Positions 25,850-34,994 of a stretch of 49,037 nt of DNA are shown here, in pieces. The notes beneath the pieces were generated by a model. The model was given only the letters and a program-made list of their open reading frames with translations. It ran no database searches and had not been told where the DNA came from. The DNA is from Chloroflexota bacterium (lineage in GTDB: Archaea > Iainarchaeota > Iainarchaeia > Iainarchaeales > GCA-2688035). Made by a program: the position numbers and the translations under genes. Where the stretch lies: contig JAFCCG010000023.1 in assembly GCA_017610335.1 (NCBI GenBank), positions 1-49,037 on the forward strand, in the 5' to 3' direction. How positions within the stretch are numbered: the first letter of the stretch is position 1; every line of letters begins with the position of its first letter.

Positions 25850-27919
25850 TTATTCTTTTGCTTTTTTTACTTGTTCTTTTTCTTCTTTTTTCTTTCCCCA
25901 GTCGGCTTTGCTTTTGCATTTTGGGTCAATACACATTTGGTATTTGTAACGTTTTCCGACAATTTTTATTAATGGAGTACCACAATGTTCACATGCCCCT
26001 GGCACAACAGAAAGAAGGCCTTTTTGTGGAAGCGGCCAGGTGACTGTGCATTTGGGGTAATTACTGCAGCCAAGGAAACGCTTTCCTGTTCTTCCTTTTC
26101 TAATCAAAAGTTGTCCGTCACAGTCTTTGTCTGTGCAGGAACCTATTACTGAATCAGATCTTGCTGCATTTCTTATTTCGCTTCCAATTTCGTTCTTGTG
26201 CTCTAACAAAAGAAGCAGTGCGTCTGAAAGGAATTTTCTACTATCTCCGACAACATCACCCTTGCTTTTTTTGCCTGAAGCAACAAGATCCATTTCCTTT
26301 TCCAAATTTGAAGTCATCTCAGACTTTATAACAACACTATCATGTTTTTCAAGACCATTAATAACTGCAATGGCAATTTTAGTTGGCGCAATTGATTTTT
26401 GACCCTCAATGTAATTGCGCCTGTAAAGCTTTTGAATTGTTTCAGCTCTGGTGCTCTTTGTCCCAAGGTTTAAGTCAGACATTGCCTTAATCAATGCACC
26501 CTGACTAAATCTTGCAGGCGGCATTGTTTCCTTTGTCAAATTTTCAAGATTCAAAAGTTTCACTTCGTTGCCTTTTTCAAGCTTTGGAAGCACCACTTCG
26601 GTTGCCTTGCTGTAGGGGTAAAAATGCTTCCATCCTTTTTCAACATAGGTTTGTCCTGTTGCAACAAAGGGCTCTTTGTTCAAATCAATGTTAACTGAAA
26701 GATTTTCTGTCAAAGCATCTTTTGCAAGAGTTGCCATAAATCTCCTGCATACAAGTTCGTAAATTTTCCACATCTGAAGATTAAGCTTTTCTTTTTGTAC
26801 GGCAGTAACAGGATGAATTGGAGGATGGTCTTTTGCAAGCTTTCCGGCATTTGCTTCAAGCTTTGGAACTGCAAGAAGTTCGTTGGCAAACTTTTCAAAA
26901 TCTTTTACTTTTGCTAATTCTTTCAATGTTGCCTTTAAGTCAAGTGTTTTGGGATAAACAGAATTGTCTGTTCTGGGATATGAAAGAAAACCGCTTTGGT
27001 AAAGTGATTCGGCAATCTGCATTGCCATACTTGCAGTAAAACCGATTGAAGTGGCAGCTCTAAGAAAAGAAGTTGTATTGAAGGGAAGAGGTCTTGCAAT
27101 AACTTTTTTCTTTTTGCTAACAGCAGTTACAATTCCTTTTGGTGGTTTTGCACATTTCATTGCTTTTTTTGCTTTTTCAGAATCCCAAAATTTTCCTTCT
27201 TTGTGCAATGCAGCAAATTTGAATTTATCTTTTTCAAAAATTGCTTGAATTTGCCAATATTTTTTTATAACAAAAGCAAGTCGTTCTTTTTCTCTTTTGA
27301 CAATTAATGCAAGGGTCGGACCCTGAACACGACCTGTTGAAAGAAATTCTTTTCCAAGTCTTCCGGAAATTAAGGAAAGAAATCTTGTAAGAACGGCACC
27401 CCAAATAAGATCAATTTCTCTTCGGGAATTTGCACTTTCAGCCAAATCAAAATCAAGCTTTGAAAGATTTGCAAACGCATCTTTTATATCTTTGTCAGTA
27501 ATTGCTGAAAAAATCGCCCGCTTAATTTCAACTTTTGAATTTATTTCCTTTAAAATATTAAGAGCTTCAAGCCCAATTGCTTCCCCTTCACGGTCGGCAT
27601 CTGTTGCAATTACAACTTCTTTAATTTCTGGAGCAACTTTTTTGATAAGTCCTGAAATTGATTTTTCTGTTTCATTATAATTTACTTCTGCATTGACAAG
27701 TTTTCTAAGATCTGTTCCAAGCCATTGCTTGTACATTAAAGGAAAATCAACATCAACAATATGACCGCTTAATGGAACAACAACATACTTTTTTCCATCC
27801 TTTTCAAAATCAAACCTTATAGCATAACCCTCTCTTGTCCCAGGCAATGATTTTCCTGCAAGGATTGCGGCTATTCTACGACCTGCAATGGCTTTTTCTG
27901 CAATAATCAGAATCATCAC
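25850..27919 (-). CDS. topA: DNA topoisomerase I (type IA) with C-terminal zinc ribbons
   Basis: 689 aa. TOPRIM (ILIIAEK..., ATDADREGE), active-site region GFLSYPRTDN, and C-terminal Cys clusters (CTDKDCDG, CSNYPKC, CEHCG...CIDPKC). Confidence 0.9.
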   Translation of the reverse strand: MMILIIAEKAIAGRRIAAILAGKSLPGTREGYAIRFDFEKDGKKYVVVPLSGHIVDVDFPLMYKQWLGTDLRKLVNAEVNYNETEKSISGLIKKVAPEIKEVVIATDADREGEAIGLEALNILKEINSKVEIKRAIFSAITDKDIKDAFANLSKLDFDLAESANSRREIDLIWGAVLTRFLSLISGRLGKEFLSTGRVQGPTLALIVKREKERLAFVIKKYWQIQAIFEKDKFKFAALHKEGKFWDSEKAKKAMKCAKPPKGIVTAVSKKKKVIARPLPFNTTSFLRAATSIGFTASMAMQIAESLYQSGFLSYPRTDNSVYPKTLDLKATLKELAKVKDFEKFANELLAVPKLEANAGKLAKDHPPIHPVTAVQKEKLNLQMWKIYELVCRRFMATLAKDALTENLSVNIDLNKEPFVATGQTYVEKGWKHFYPYSKATEVVLPKLEKGNEVKLLNLENLTKETMPPARFSQGALIKAMSDLNLGTKSTRAETIQKLYRRNYIEGQKSIAPTKIAIAVINGLEKHDSVVIKSEMTSNLEKEMDLVASGKKSKGDVVGDSRKFLSDALLLLLEHKNEIGSEIRNAARSDSVIGSCTDKDCDGQLLIRKGRTGKRFLGCSNYPKCTVTWPLPQKGLLSVVPGACEHCGTPLIKIVGKRYKYQMCIDPKCKSKADWGKKKEEKEQVKKAKE

Positions 27920-27960
27920 TCAATCTTTGGCAGGAAAAAGGTTAAAAACAAGAACTGTTT

Positions 27961-29433
27961 TCAGGAAATTTGCTGCAGTGTCAGCAGGTCAATAGGGTTT
28001 TTGTCATCTGTTATCACTTCCCCTTGCAAACAATTAACTTCCTGCATCTGCAAAAAGTGCTCAAATAAAGGATTTGCTTCAGGTAGGTTGTGCTGTTGCT
28101 TTGCGGCTTCAACCCGGGCTGCGATTTCCTCTTTGCTGGTTTCCTCTTTGAACCCAAATAGAAGTGAAACATTTTGAACAGGAAAATCAAGCGAGTAAAC
28201 ACTTGGAAAAACCATGCACATGGTTGCTCCAATGCTTTCTCTTAGAATTGTTTTATCACCACTATAAAAGCTGTAGTTCGCCAGGACACCGTCTTTATCA
28301 AGCTTATCTGAAGCCAGTTCAAAAAATTCCTTGCTTACAACATGAAATGGAATGAATTTTGCGTTAATTGCATTGTTAAAAATGATTCCGTATTTTTTCT
28401 CACTTGCCTGCAAAAAATGCCTTGCATCATCAACATGCACAATCAGACTTTCCGATTCCTGCAATCCAAAGTATTCTCTCGCAAGCTCTATTACCACCGG
28501 GTCTATTTCAACTCCTTCAACAAACACATCAGGAAAAAAAGCATTTATCTTTCCACTGACAGTGCCTGTGCCAAAGCCAAGAATCAGCATGTTGTCCTTT
28601 CCGTACAAAGCAGGAAAGACAGCTATTGCATCATAAAAATAGGTTTCCAGCTTTTCCTCCTTGTCCTTGTAGGACATAGGGTGGCCATTGAGCAGGAGGT
28701 AACGCGTTCCAAGCGAATCTCTTACCTCGATCACATTGTAAGCGGATTCTGTTTTTATTACTGTGCCTGTTTTTACCGGCTCTGCCACTGCCAAACTTGC
28801 AGAAAACAAAACAATTGAAATTACCAAAGCAGACAAGAAAACCCTTTTGCTTGGCTTTTCAAGGAACAGTCCAAACAAGGCAAAGAAAACTAAGACAGCA
28901 AAGCACAAAAGCAGGGTTGCCTTGCTTCCGAAAAAGGGAATTAACAAAAAGGTTGTTGCAAAGACTCCAAGAATGCTTCCTATGTTGCTAAGAGAGTAAA
29001 TGCTGCCTATTGTTTTGCCCTGGCCTTTTTCTTTCAGCAAGGCCTTTATCGCAATTGGGCTTACCATGCTCAAAAGAATTGACGGCGGAACGAGAAGTAT
29101 AACAGAGGCTATAGAAATGCCTGTAATTTGATTCCACTTTCCAAAAGCATTCAAAAGAAATGGATAGCTCATAATGGTGAAGGCCAGATAGAACGTACCG
29201 ACCAAGATTATCTTGTAGATTGTTGCAAAGCTGCTTGACCTGTCTGCAAGCAGCCCTCCAGCATAGTAGCCAATTGAAAGGGAAACAAGAATTATTCCAA
29301 TAACTGTTCCCCAAACAAAAATGCTGTAGCCGAATACAGATGCAAGAATTCTTATTCCGAGGATCTCCAAGGCAATGACAACAAAGCCAGCGAGAAATAT
29401 GTTCAACAGCAAAAGGAATAGCTTACTGTTCAT
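27961..29433 (-). CDS. membrane-fused spermidine synthase-like aminopropyl/methyltransferase
   Basis: 490 aa. About 7 N-terminal TM helices, then a Rossmann domain with ILGFGTGT and VEGVEIDPVVIELAREYF (SpeE-like). Confidence 0.7.
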   Translation of the reverse strand: MNSKLFLLLLNIFLAGFVVIALEILGIRILASVFGYSIFVWGTVIGIILVSLSIGYYAGGLLADRSSSFATIYKIILVGTFYLAFTIMSYPFLLNAFGKWNQITGISIASVILLVPPSILLSMVSPIAIKALLKEKGQGKTIGSIYSLSNIGSILGVFATTFLLIPFFGSKATLLLCFAVLVFFALFGLFLEKPSKRVFLSALVISIVLFSASLAVAEPVKTGTVIKTESAYNVIEVRDSLGTRYLLLNGHPMSYKDKEEKLETYFYDAIAVFPALYGKDNMLILGFGTGTVSGKINAFFPDVFVEGVEIDPVVIELAREYFGLQESESLIVHVDDARHFLQASEKKYGIIFNNAINAKFIPFHVVSKEFFELASDKLDKDGVLANYSFYSGDKTILRESIGATMCMVFPSVYSLDFPVQNVSLLFGFKEETSKEEIAARVEAAKQQHNLPEANPLFEHFLQMQEVNCLQGEVITDDKNPIDLLTLQQIS

Positions 29434-29460
29434 GGCACCAAATCAGAGAATTTATAGCCT

Positions 29461-30411
29461 TCATTCTTCAAGCGACTCCAACTCATTAATAAGCTGCTGA
29501 ATAAATGTAGGCATCTCGTCACCGCAGATTGTGTAAACGAGAACTGCATAATTTTTAAGATAGATATATTTTGCAGGACCCAAACCAAATACAAACGCGG
29601 TTGGCACCCGCCCCTTCTTGTAAAATGAAAACGTGTAAAATGCTTTTGGGTCAATGCCAGGCATGACCCACAGCTTGCAGATTATTTCAGGATTCTTGAA
29701 AGTGATGTTTGCAGGGTTCAGCATTTTGTCATCATAGGTTTCAACATACTCGTGCGCCAGCTCCAGCTCTGTCCGCTCCCATCCAACTGGCAGGGTATAA
29801 TTTTGCAGGAAATCAATTTCTTTTTGGGGCAGGGATTTATCCTCGAATTTGGACAGCTCCTCGAACAACTCCAAAATAAAGGGAGGGGATTCGTCACCAC
29901 ACTGTGTGAAGACAAGCAGGGTTTTGTCTTTGAAGTAAAAAGCTTTTACTGGAGCCAAGCCTCTTGGATAGAGCCACAGGTCTGGATTTTTATCCTCTTC
30001 AAAGAATGCAAATCCCCAAATAGCTTTTGGTTCAATTCCTGGCATTACAAAACGCTTGCAAATAATGTCACTATTCTCAAAAAGGAAGCCGGCAATCGTT
30101 TTTCCAGTGTTATCCCAAAGCACTTCAGAGCCGGCTGGCAATTCTTTCATGGCCCAGGTATCTTCCAGCAGATAAAAACGCAGCAGTTCCACAGGGTCAC
30201 CTTCCATAGGAGACTGTTCACATTGAACTTCTGAAGGAACAGAATCGCAGCAATATCCGTATTCAAGAACTTGCTCCCCACAGTTGCACTTTGATGAAAC
30301 AAGGCCGTCTGGGCAAGCTAAAGTTGGCTCAATACCATTGGGCGTTTGCTCAATACAGCCACTAAGCAGAACCAACGCAGGCAAAATAACAAGCAATATG
30401 GCAATTTTCAT
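29461..30411 (-). CDS. secreted lipoprotein-like protein with an internal domain duplication
   Basis: 316 aa. Signal plus LLSGC lipobox-like motif. Two about 100-aa repeats: IICKRFVMPGIEPKA...LLVFTQCGDESPPFILELFEELSKFE versus IICKLWVMPGIDPKA...VLVYTICGDEMPTFIQQLINELESLE. Confidence 0.6.
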   Translation of the reverse strand: MKIAILLVILPALVLLSGCIEQTPNGIEPTLACPDGLVSSKCNCGEQVLEYGYCCDSVPSEVQCEQSPMEGDPVELLRFYLLEDTWAMKELPAGSEVLWDNTGKTIAGFLFENSDIICKRFVMPGIEPKAIWGFAFFEEDKNPDLWLYPRGLAPVKAFYFKDKTLLVFTQCGDESPPFILELFEELSKFEDKSLPQKEIDFLQNYTLPVGWERTELELAHEYVETYDDKMLNPANITFKNPEIICKLWVMPGIDPKAFYTFSFYKKGRVPTAFVFGLGPAKYIYLKNYAVLVYTICGDEMPTFIQQLINELESLEE

Positions 30412-30637
30412 AATATCATTTAATGTTTTTTCACCTATTTAATTTCTTGCTTTTTTCTATAGCAAAAACTATAAAAACAAAGGACCACTTTCTGCTATAA
30501 TATGCCATTTAACGGCTTTATAGAAGTACCAATAAATACGCTTGCCATGCTTACCCAGTTTGGAATAATTCTAGCCAATAATCTTTGGAACAATCGCTGC
30601 ATCTGTAGGAGTTCTTAGCCTTGAACTGCTTGGCAAC

Positions 30638-31687
30638 ATGCCAGACCTTATCAGAATACTTGCATTGATAATAATAATATTCAGTGCAGGATTCCACCTA
30701 AAACTCAAAGATGTGCAGGCAGACAGCAAGCTTATATTAAGCCTTGCAACACTTGGAGTTTTTCTGACATTGTTTATAATAAGCGGAATAACTTTTGCCC
30801 TGCTAAGCATTCCTTTACTAAGTGCAATTGTTTTAGGAGCTCTTTTAAGCGGAAGTGATACAGCAGCAATTTCTTCTGCTGAAACAGGAGGAAAAAGCAG
30901 AATAAAAACAATACTGCTTTCAGAATCAGTTTTTAACCAACCGCTTACATTAATTCTTCCGCTTATTTTACTTGATTATCTTGTAAAACCCGAGATGGCA
31001 TGGCTTAATGTTCCAAAATTTTTTGCTATGATAATAATAGGAGGAGTAGTAGGACTTGGAGGAGCATTCTGGGGACAAAAAATACTACAGGCATGCAGAC
31101 ACAAACATGAAGAAATAATTGGTTTAATGATTGCAATAGGTGTTTTTGTAATTGCCGAAAACTTTTTCGGTTCAGGAATTGTTGCCGTGGCAGTTACATC
31201 TCTTTTATTGAGTAGTACGGCAAAAAAAGAAACTCACTTTCTTGGAAACTTTACAGAACAACTTGCTTTCCTTTTCACAATATTTGTTTTTATAATGCTT
31301 GGAATGCAGTTTACGTTTGCACAATTGGCAGCTCTTGGAATAAACAGATATGAAATAGTAGTTATTGCAGTTGCCTTGCTTGTTGCAAGAATGGTTTCAG
31401 TAATGCTCATTTCCATAAAAACCAACCTGTCAACAATACAGAGAATAAAGCTCGGACTTATTTCTCCAAAAGGAATCGGACCGGCAGCAATGGCACCATT
31501 ATTTGTAGCCTACGGAATAACCGGGAGTGAAATAATACTAAAAATTGTCTACATTGCAATAATCATAAGTGTATTCCTTTCAATGATTGCATTCAGCTTT
31601 GCAAAAAAGCCAAAAACAATCAACGAACAAAGAATTGAAAAAAAAGAAGAACGGGAAACTAAGCAAAAGACTATTGTCCCCGGATAA
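30638..31687 (+). CDS. CPA1-type Na+(K+)/H+ antiporter; N-terminal TM segment appears displaced into another frame
   Basis: 349 aa, multi-TM, with IIIIFSAGFHLKLKDV resembling the ILFxxGL motif. Upstream ORF 30502.. (MPFNGFIEVPINTLAMLTQFGIILA) continues the protein if 1 nt near 30577 is skipped. Confidence 0.7.
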   Translation: MPDLIRILALIIIIFSAGFHLKLKDVQADSKLILSLATLGVFLTLFIISGITFALLSIPLLSAIVLGALLSGSDTAAISSAETGGKSRIKTILLSESVFNQPLTLILPLILLDYLVKPEMAWLNVPKFFAMIIIGGVVGLGGAFWGQKILQACRHKHEEIIGLMIAIGVFVIAENFFGSGIVAVAVTSLLLSSTAKKETHFLGNFTEQLAFLFTIFVFIMLGMQFTFAQLAALGINRYEIVVIAVALLVARMVSVMLISIKTNLSTIQRIKLGLISPKGIGPAAMAPLFVAYGITGSEIILKIVYIAIIISVFLSMIAFSFAKKPKTINEQRIEKKEERETKQKTIVPG

Positions 31688-31688
31688 T

Positions 31689-32171
31689 TTACAGTTTTTT
31701 CTGCAGTGCACCGTTTGGAAGAATTGAACCGTGTTTTAATTCTGATAAAACAACAAGTGTTTTTAAATCAATTATTCCATCAAGCAAGCCAAGCTTTGCA
31801 ATAACCTTTTCTGCTTCACCCAAATCTCTTACAACAAGCTTTGCAAGCAAATTGTATTCTCCAAGCACCTGGTATAATTCAACAAGACAGTCAAAGTCGT
31901 TTAGTTTTTTGAATAAGTCCTTGTTCTTTCCAATCTCACTTCTTATCTGAATATAAATCGGGTTTTCAAATCCCAAAACTTTAAGGTTAAGATTTGCAGT
32001 AATACTGCTTAGCACACCTTTTCTTTTAAGGCTTTCAACCCTTTTTTTAATTGCAACATCTGTAAGACCAATCTGCTTTGCGATTCCACTAAAGCTTGAA
32101 CGTCCGTCTTTCAAAAGATTTTTTATTATTACCAAATCAACTTTATCAAGGCTCACTGCCAAAAAAACCAC
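31689..32171 (-). CDS. Lrp/AsnC family transcriptional regulator
   Basis: 160 aa. LDKVDLVIIKNLLKDGRSSFSGIAKQIGLTDVAIKKRVESLKRKGVL HTH plus a RAM-like C-terminal domain. Confidence 0.8.
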   Translation of the reverse strand: MVFLAVSLDKVDLVIIKNLLKDGRSSFSGIAKQIGLTDVAIKKRVESLKRKGVLSSITANLNLKVLGFENPIYIQIRSEIGKNKDLFKKLNDFDCLVELYQVLGEYNLLAKLVVRDLGEAEKVIAKLGLLDGIIDLKTLVVLSELKHGSILPNGALQKKL

Positions 32172-32269
32172 CTCATTGTATTAATAATTCAAATAAAAGT
32201 TTATTAAAAAGTTTGCTTTTCAAAGGAAAGAGGCAGACAGTTAAAAATTTCGCATCATTTCTTTTAATC

Positions 32270-33901
32270 ATGGAAGAAAAGCCAATAGAGGCACTTATTG
32301 AAAAAATTGCCAAAGAATGCGAAGAAGCAAGCGCTGATAAATGGACAATTACAAAAATTGTCAAAGAACTTTCAGCAGAAGACAGCAAAAGCATTAAAAT
32401 AATGAGAAAAAAAGCCCTTGAAATGCTGAAAAAGCTTGACCCAAAGGCAGCAGCAATTTATACTTCATTTCAAAGAATGCAGGTCAGAACAAGCTCACAA
32501 CTCATTGAAGGATTTGACAGAGGCAATATAATCAAAAGTCTTTTGAGAGAAACCAATGTGCCAAGAGGCGTAGCTGAAAAAATAGGGCATGAGGTTGAAG
32601 AAAAAATAAAGGATTTGGAAATCGAAAGCATTAGCACTTCTTTAATAAGAGAAATGGTTAATGTAAAGTTGCTGGAATACGGACACGAAAATATCAGAAA
32701 CCAATACACAAGATTGGGATTGCCTGTTTTTGAAGCAGGAAAAAAAACAGAAAAAAAACCTTACAACAATATGGCAATAATGACCGAGTACAATTTGCTC
32801 AGAATAATACCATCAAAGCTTGGAAGAATGCATTTGTCAAGCGAAATATTTATTGGAGAACTCCAGGATTTTTCAACAAAACCAGTTGCAATTAACATTA
32901 TCCCGAAAGCCGGAGAAAATCCAAAAGATACAGTATTCAATATGCTTGAAAAGGCAAACAAAGCAAGCAGATTTTATAGTTGGAGACCAAACTTTTTCGG
33001 AGTGAATGCGACAATTGCTTCAAATGTTGGAAAAAAAACCGCAAAAGAAGCAGCAATGCTTTTTGCAAGAGCTTCCAAAGCAATTTTTCTTAACAAAAAG
33101 GCAGTGCCTGCATTTAACACAATGACATTGTTTGAATCAGAATCTTTTGGAAAAGAAATTGAAAGAGAAAGTATGGTTGCGGCAGCAAACACCGTGCTAA
33201 AATTGGGAAGCGAAGATTCTGAACCAGTGTTTGAAAACGCAATAGCGATTGACACAAAATACAAACTAAAACTATTGCACAAGCATATGCCAAAAACAGT
33301 ACTAAACTGCAGAAATACAGAACCTGCATTGGTAAACGGTATTGCGCTTGAAGGAAAAGGAATATGCACTTTTGCCGCAATCAACCTTACCCTAATAGCC
33401 CTTGGATGCAAAAGAAATGAAACAGCGTTCTTTGAAGAGATTGGAAAAAAGGCAAAGGCTGTTTCCGAATTGGACAGGATTAAAAGAAAGGAACTTTTGC
33501 AAAAAAGCTATGTTAAAAAGCAAGGTATTAAAATTGAAGAGCTTTCCTCCGCAATTGCGTTGGACAGCCTTTTGGAAGCAAGCAAAATTGCAAGTGGAAC
33601 AGAAAAGACAAACGAGGCAATTTCGTTTGCAGAAAAGGCCTTGGCTGAACTGAAAAGCCATTTGCCAGAACACTTTGTTGCAACAGAATTGAAAAACAGG
33701 CAGGCAATTAATAGGTTTGAGGCAAAAAACAAAAAAGAATTCAAGCATTATGAAAAAAAGGCTGGAGAAGAAAAAATTTGGAAAAGCAACGCAATCTGCA
33801 AAAACTACAGTTTTGCAGCAAGGGCTGAAAACAGAAAAGAACTGAATGAATTGATTGACTCAAATGTTAGAATTATTGAGTTTAAAGAAAAAAATGAATA
33901 A
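32270..33901 (+). CDS. ATP-cone domain protein with a large uncharacterised C-terminal region
   Basis: I start at Met59 of the track ORF; the upstream extension overlaps the divergent lrp gene. VRTSSQLIEGFDRGNIIKSLLRET...ISTSLIREMVNVKLLEYGHENIRNQYTRLG fits the ATP-cone pattern. I cannot assign the remaining about 400 aa. Confidence 0.5.
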   Translation: MEEKPIEALIEKIAKECEEASADKWTITKIVKELSAEDSKSIKIMRKKALEMLKKLDPKAAAIYTSFQRMQVRTSSQLIEGFDRGNIIKSLLRETNVPRGVAEKIGHEVEEKIKDLEIESISTSLIREMVNVKLLEYGHENIRNQYTRLGLPVFEAGKKTEKKPYNNMAIMTEYNLLRIIPSKLGRMHLSSEIFIGELQDFSTKPVAINIIPKAGENPKDTVFNMLEKANKASRFYSWRPNFFGVNATIASNVGKKTAKEAAMLFARASKAIFLNKKAVPAFNTMTLFESESFGKEIERESMVAAANTVLKLGSEDSEPVFENAIAIDTKYKLKLLHKHMPKTVLNCRNTEPALVNGIALEGKGICTFAAINLTLIALGCKRNETAFFEEIGKKAKAVSELDRIKRKELLQKSYVKKQGIKIEELSSAIALDSLLEASKIASGTEKTNEAISFAEKALAELKSHLPEHFVATELKNRQAINRFEAKNKKEFKHYEKKAGEEKIWKSNAICKNYSFAARAENRKELNELIDSNVRIIEFKEKNE

Positions 33902-33965
33902 TTTAAGAGACGACAATAGGCGTTAAAAAAATTATTTTCTGGTGCCAAAAAAAACGTTAAAAAAA

Positions 33966-34757
33966 TTATTTTCCCACTGCCGCTGCAATTGATTCAGGTT
34001 CAACTCTCACCTGCTTTGGCTTTTGTCTTCTTGCAGCCTCATGATGTTTTATGAGATCAAACTTCATCATATACAAATAGGTTTTCATTATTTCAAGAAA
34101 AGGGAAAATGAAAACAAGTGTTAGTAGTAATGAAATATAAGGCGCAAACATTGTAAATTGCGCCAGAACAAATTCAAAAAGCTGAAGGATTGAAAGAAAT
34201 ATGGCGCCAACTATGGCAATAATTGCAAAAGACTTTGGAGTCTTGAAAAGAAATTCAAAATTGCTTGAAAGCGCATGCCTTAGACCCTCTTCTTCCACAA
34301 CAACTGCTTGAGGAACAAACATTAACAAAAGCGAAATAATAAGCAGAACAAGATTTGCAAGAAGCAATGGAACTCCGATTGCAAGAAGACCTGACATCAA
34401 CAGGAAAAGCAAAAGACAGTATAGAATAAAGAAGGCAAATAGGCGAAAGGCAAATTTTCGAATCATTTCGTGTAAATAAAATTGAAGCTTTAAAGGGCTT
34501 AAATTTTTTCTGACAGAAAAAATTATTACTGAAACAAAAAAAGAATAAAATAACAGGAAGAGTGCAATCAAACCTGTTTCGGCAAACAAAATAAGAGGGT
34601 CTGCAAGGGTAAGATTGTAATCAATAAAAATTGAGCCACTGCTTAGGTAAATGTTTTGAAAAAAAGAAAAAGCAGGTACAAAAACCAAAAGAAGTGAAAA
34701 AACCAATGCGGTTTTGAAATTTTTCTTATATTGTTCCATTGAATTCTGAAAAAGCAA
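33966..34757 (-). CDS. integral membrane protein, hypothetical
   Basis: 263 aa, about 6 TM, with a basic C-terminal tail. Confidence 0.6.
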   Translation of the reverse strand: MLFQNSMEQYKKNFKTALVFSLLLVFVPAFSFFQNIYLSSGSIFIDYNLTLADPLILFAETGLIALFLLFYSFFVSVIIFSVRKNLSPLKLQFYLHEMIRKFAFRLFAFFILYCLLLFLLMSGLLAIGVPLLLANLVLLIISLLLMFVPQAVVVEEEGLRHALSSNFEFLFKTPKSFAIIAIVGAIFLSILQLFEFVLAQFTMFAPYISLLLTLVFIFPFLEIMKTYLYMMKFDLIKHHEAARRQKPKQVRVEPESIAAAVGK

Positions 34758-34866
34758 TTAAACAACCCCTAATAGTAATTGTTGCATAAGTGGTTAAAAA
34801 ACCTACTTTGAAAATAGGGAAAAGGCTTTTAAAAAGGTAAAATAAAAAGAATTAAGGTGATTTAAT

Positions 34867-34938
34867 ATGAAATTTTTATATGGATGTTGTTGTGGAGACG
34901 ACGATAAAGAAGAAACTGACGAAACAAAAGACAAATAA
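34867..34938 (+). CDS. candidate micro-ORF (23 aa) MKFLYGCCCGDDDKEETDETKDK
   Basis: ATG preceded by AAGGTGA (34854-34860) at 6-nt spacing. Lies in a 237-bp gap between two convergent or divergent membrane-protein genes. Hand translated. Confidence 0.25.
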   Translation: MKFLYGCCCGDDDKEETDETKDK

Positions 34939-34994
34939 GCCTTCTTTCAGGCAAAAAAATACTAATTCTTTTTATTTTTATTTTATTTGAAAAT

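Noticed and set aside
32096-32269. Upstream extension of the ATP-cone protein ORF (TTG at 32096)
   Set aside because: It overlaps the 5' end of the divergent Lrp gene by 76 nt and translates to a non-protein-like basic stretch. The ATG at 32270 leaves a normal 98-bp divergent promoter region.
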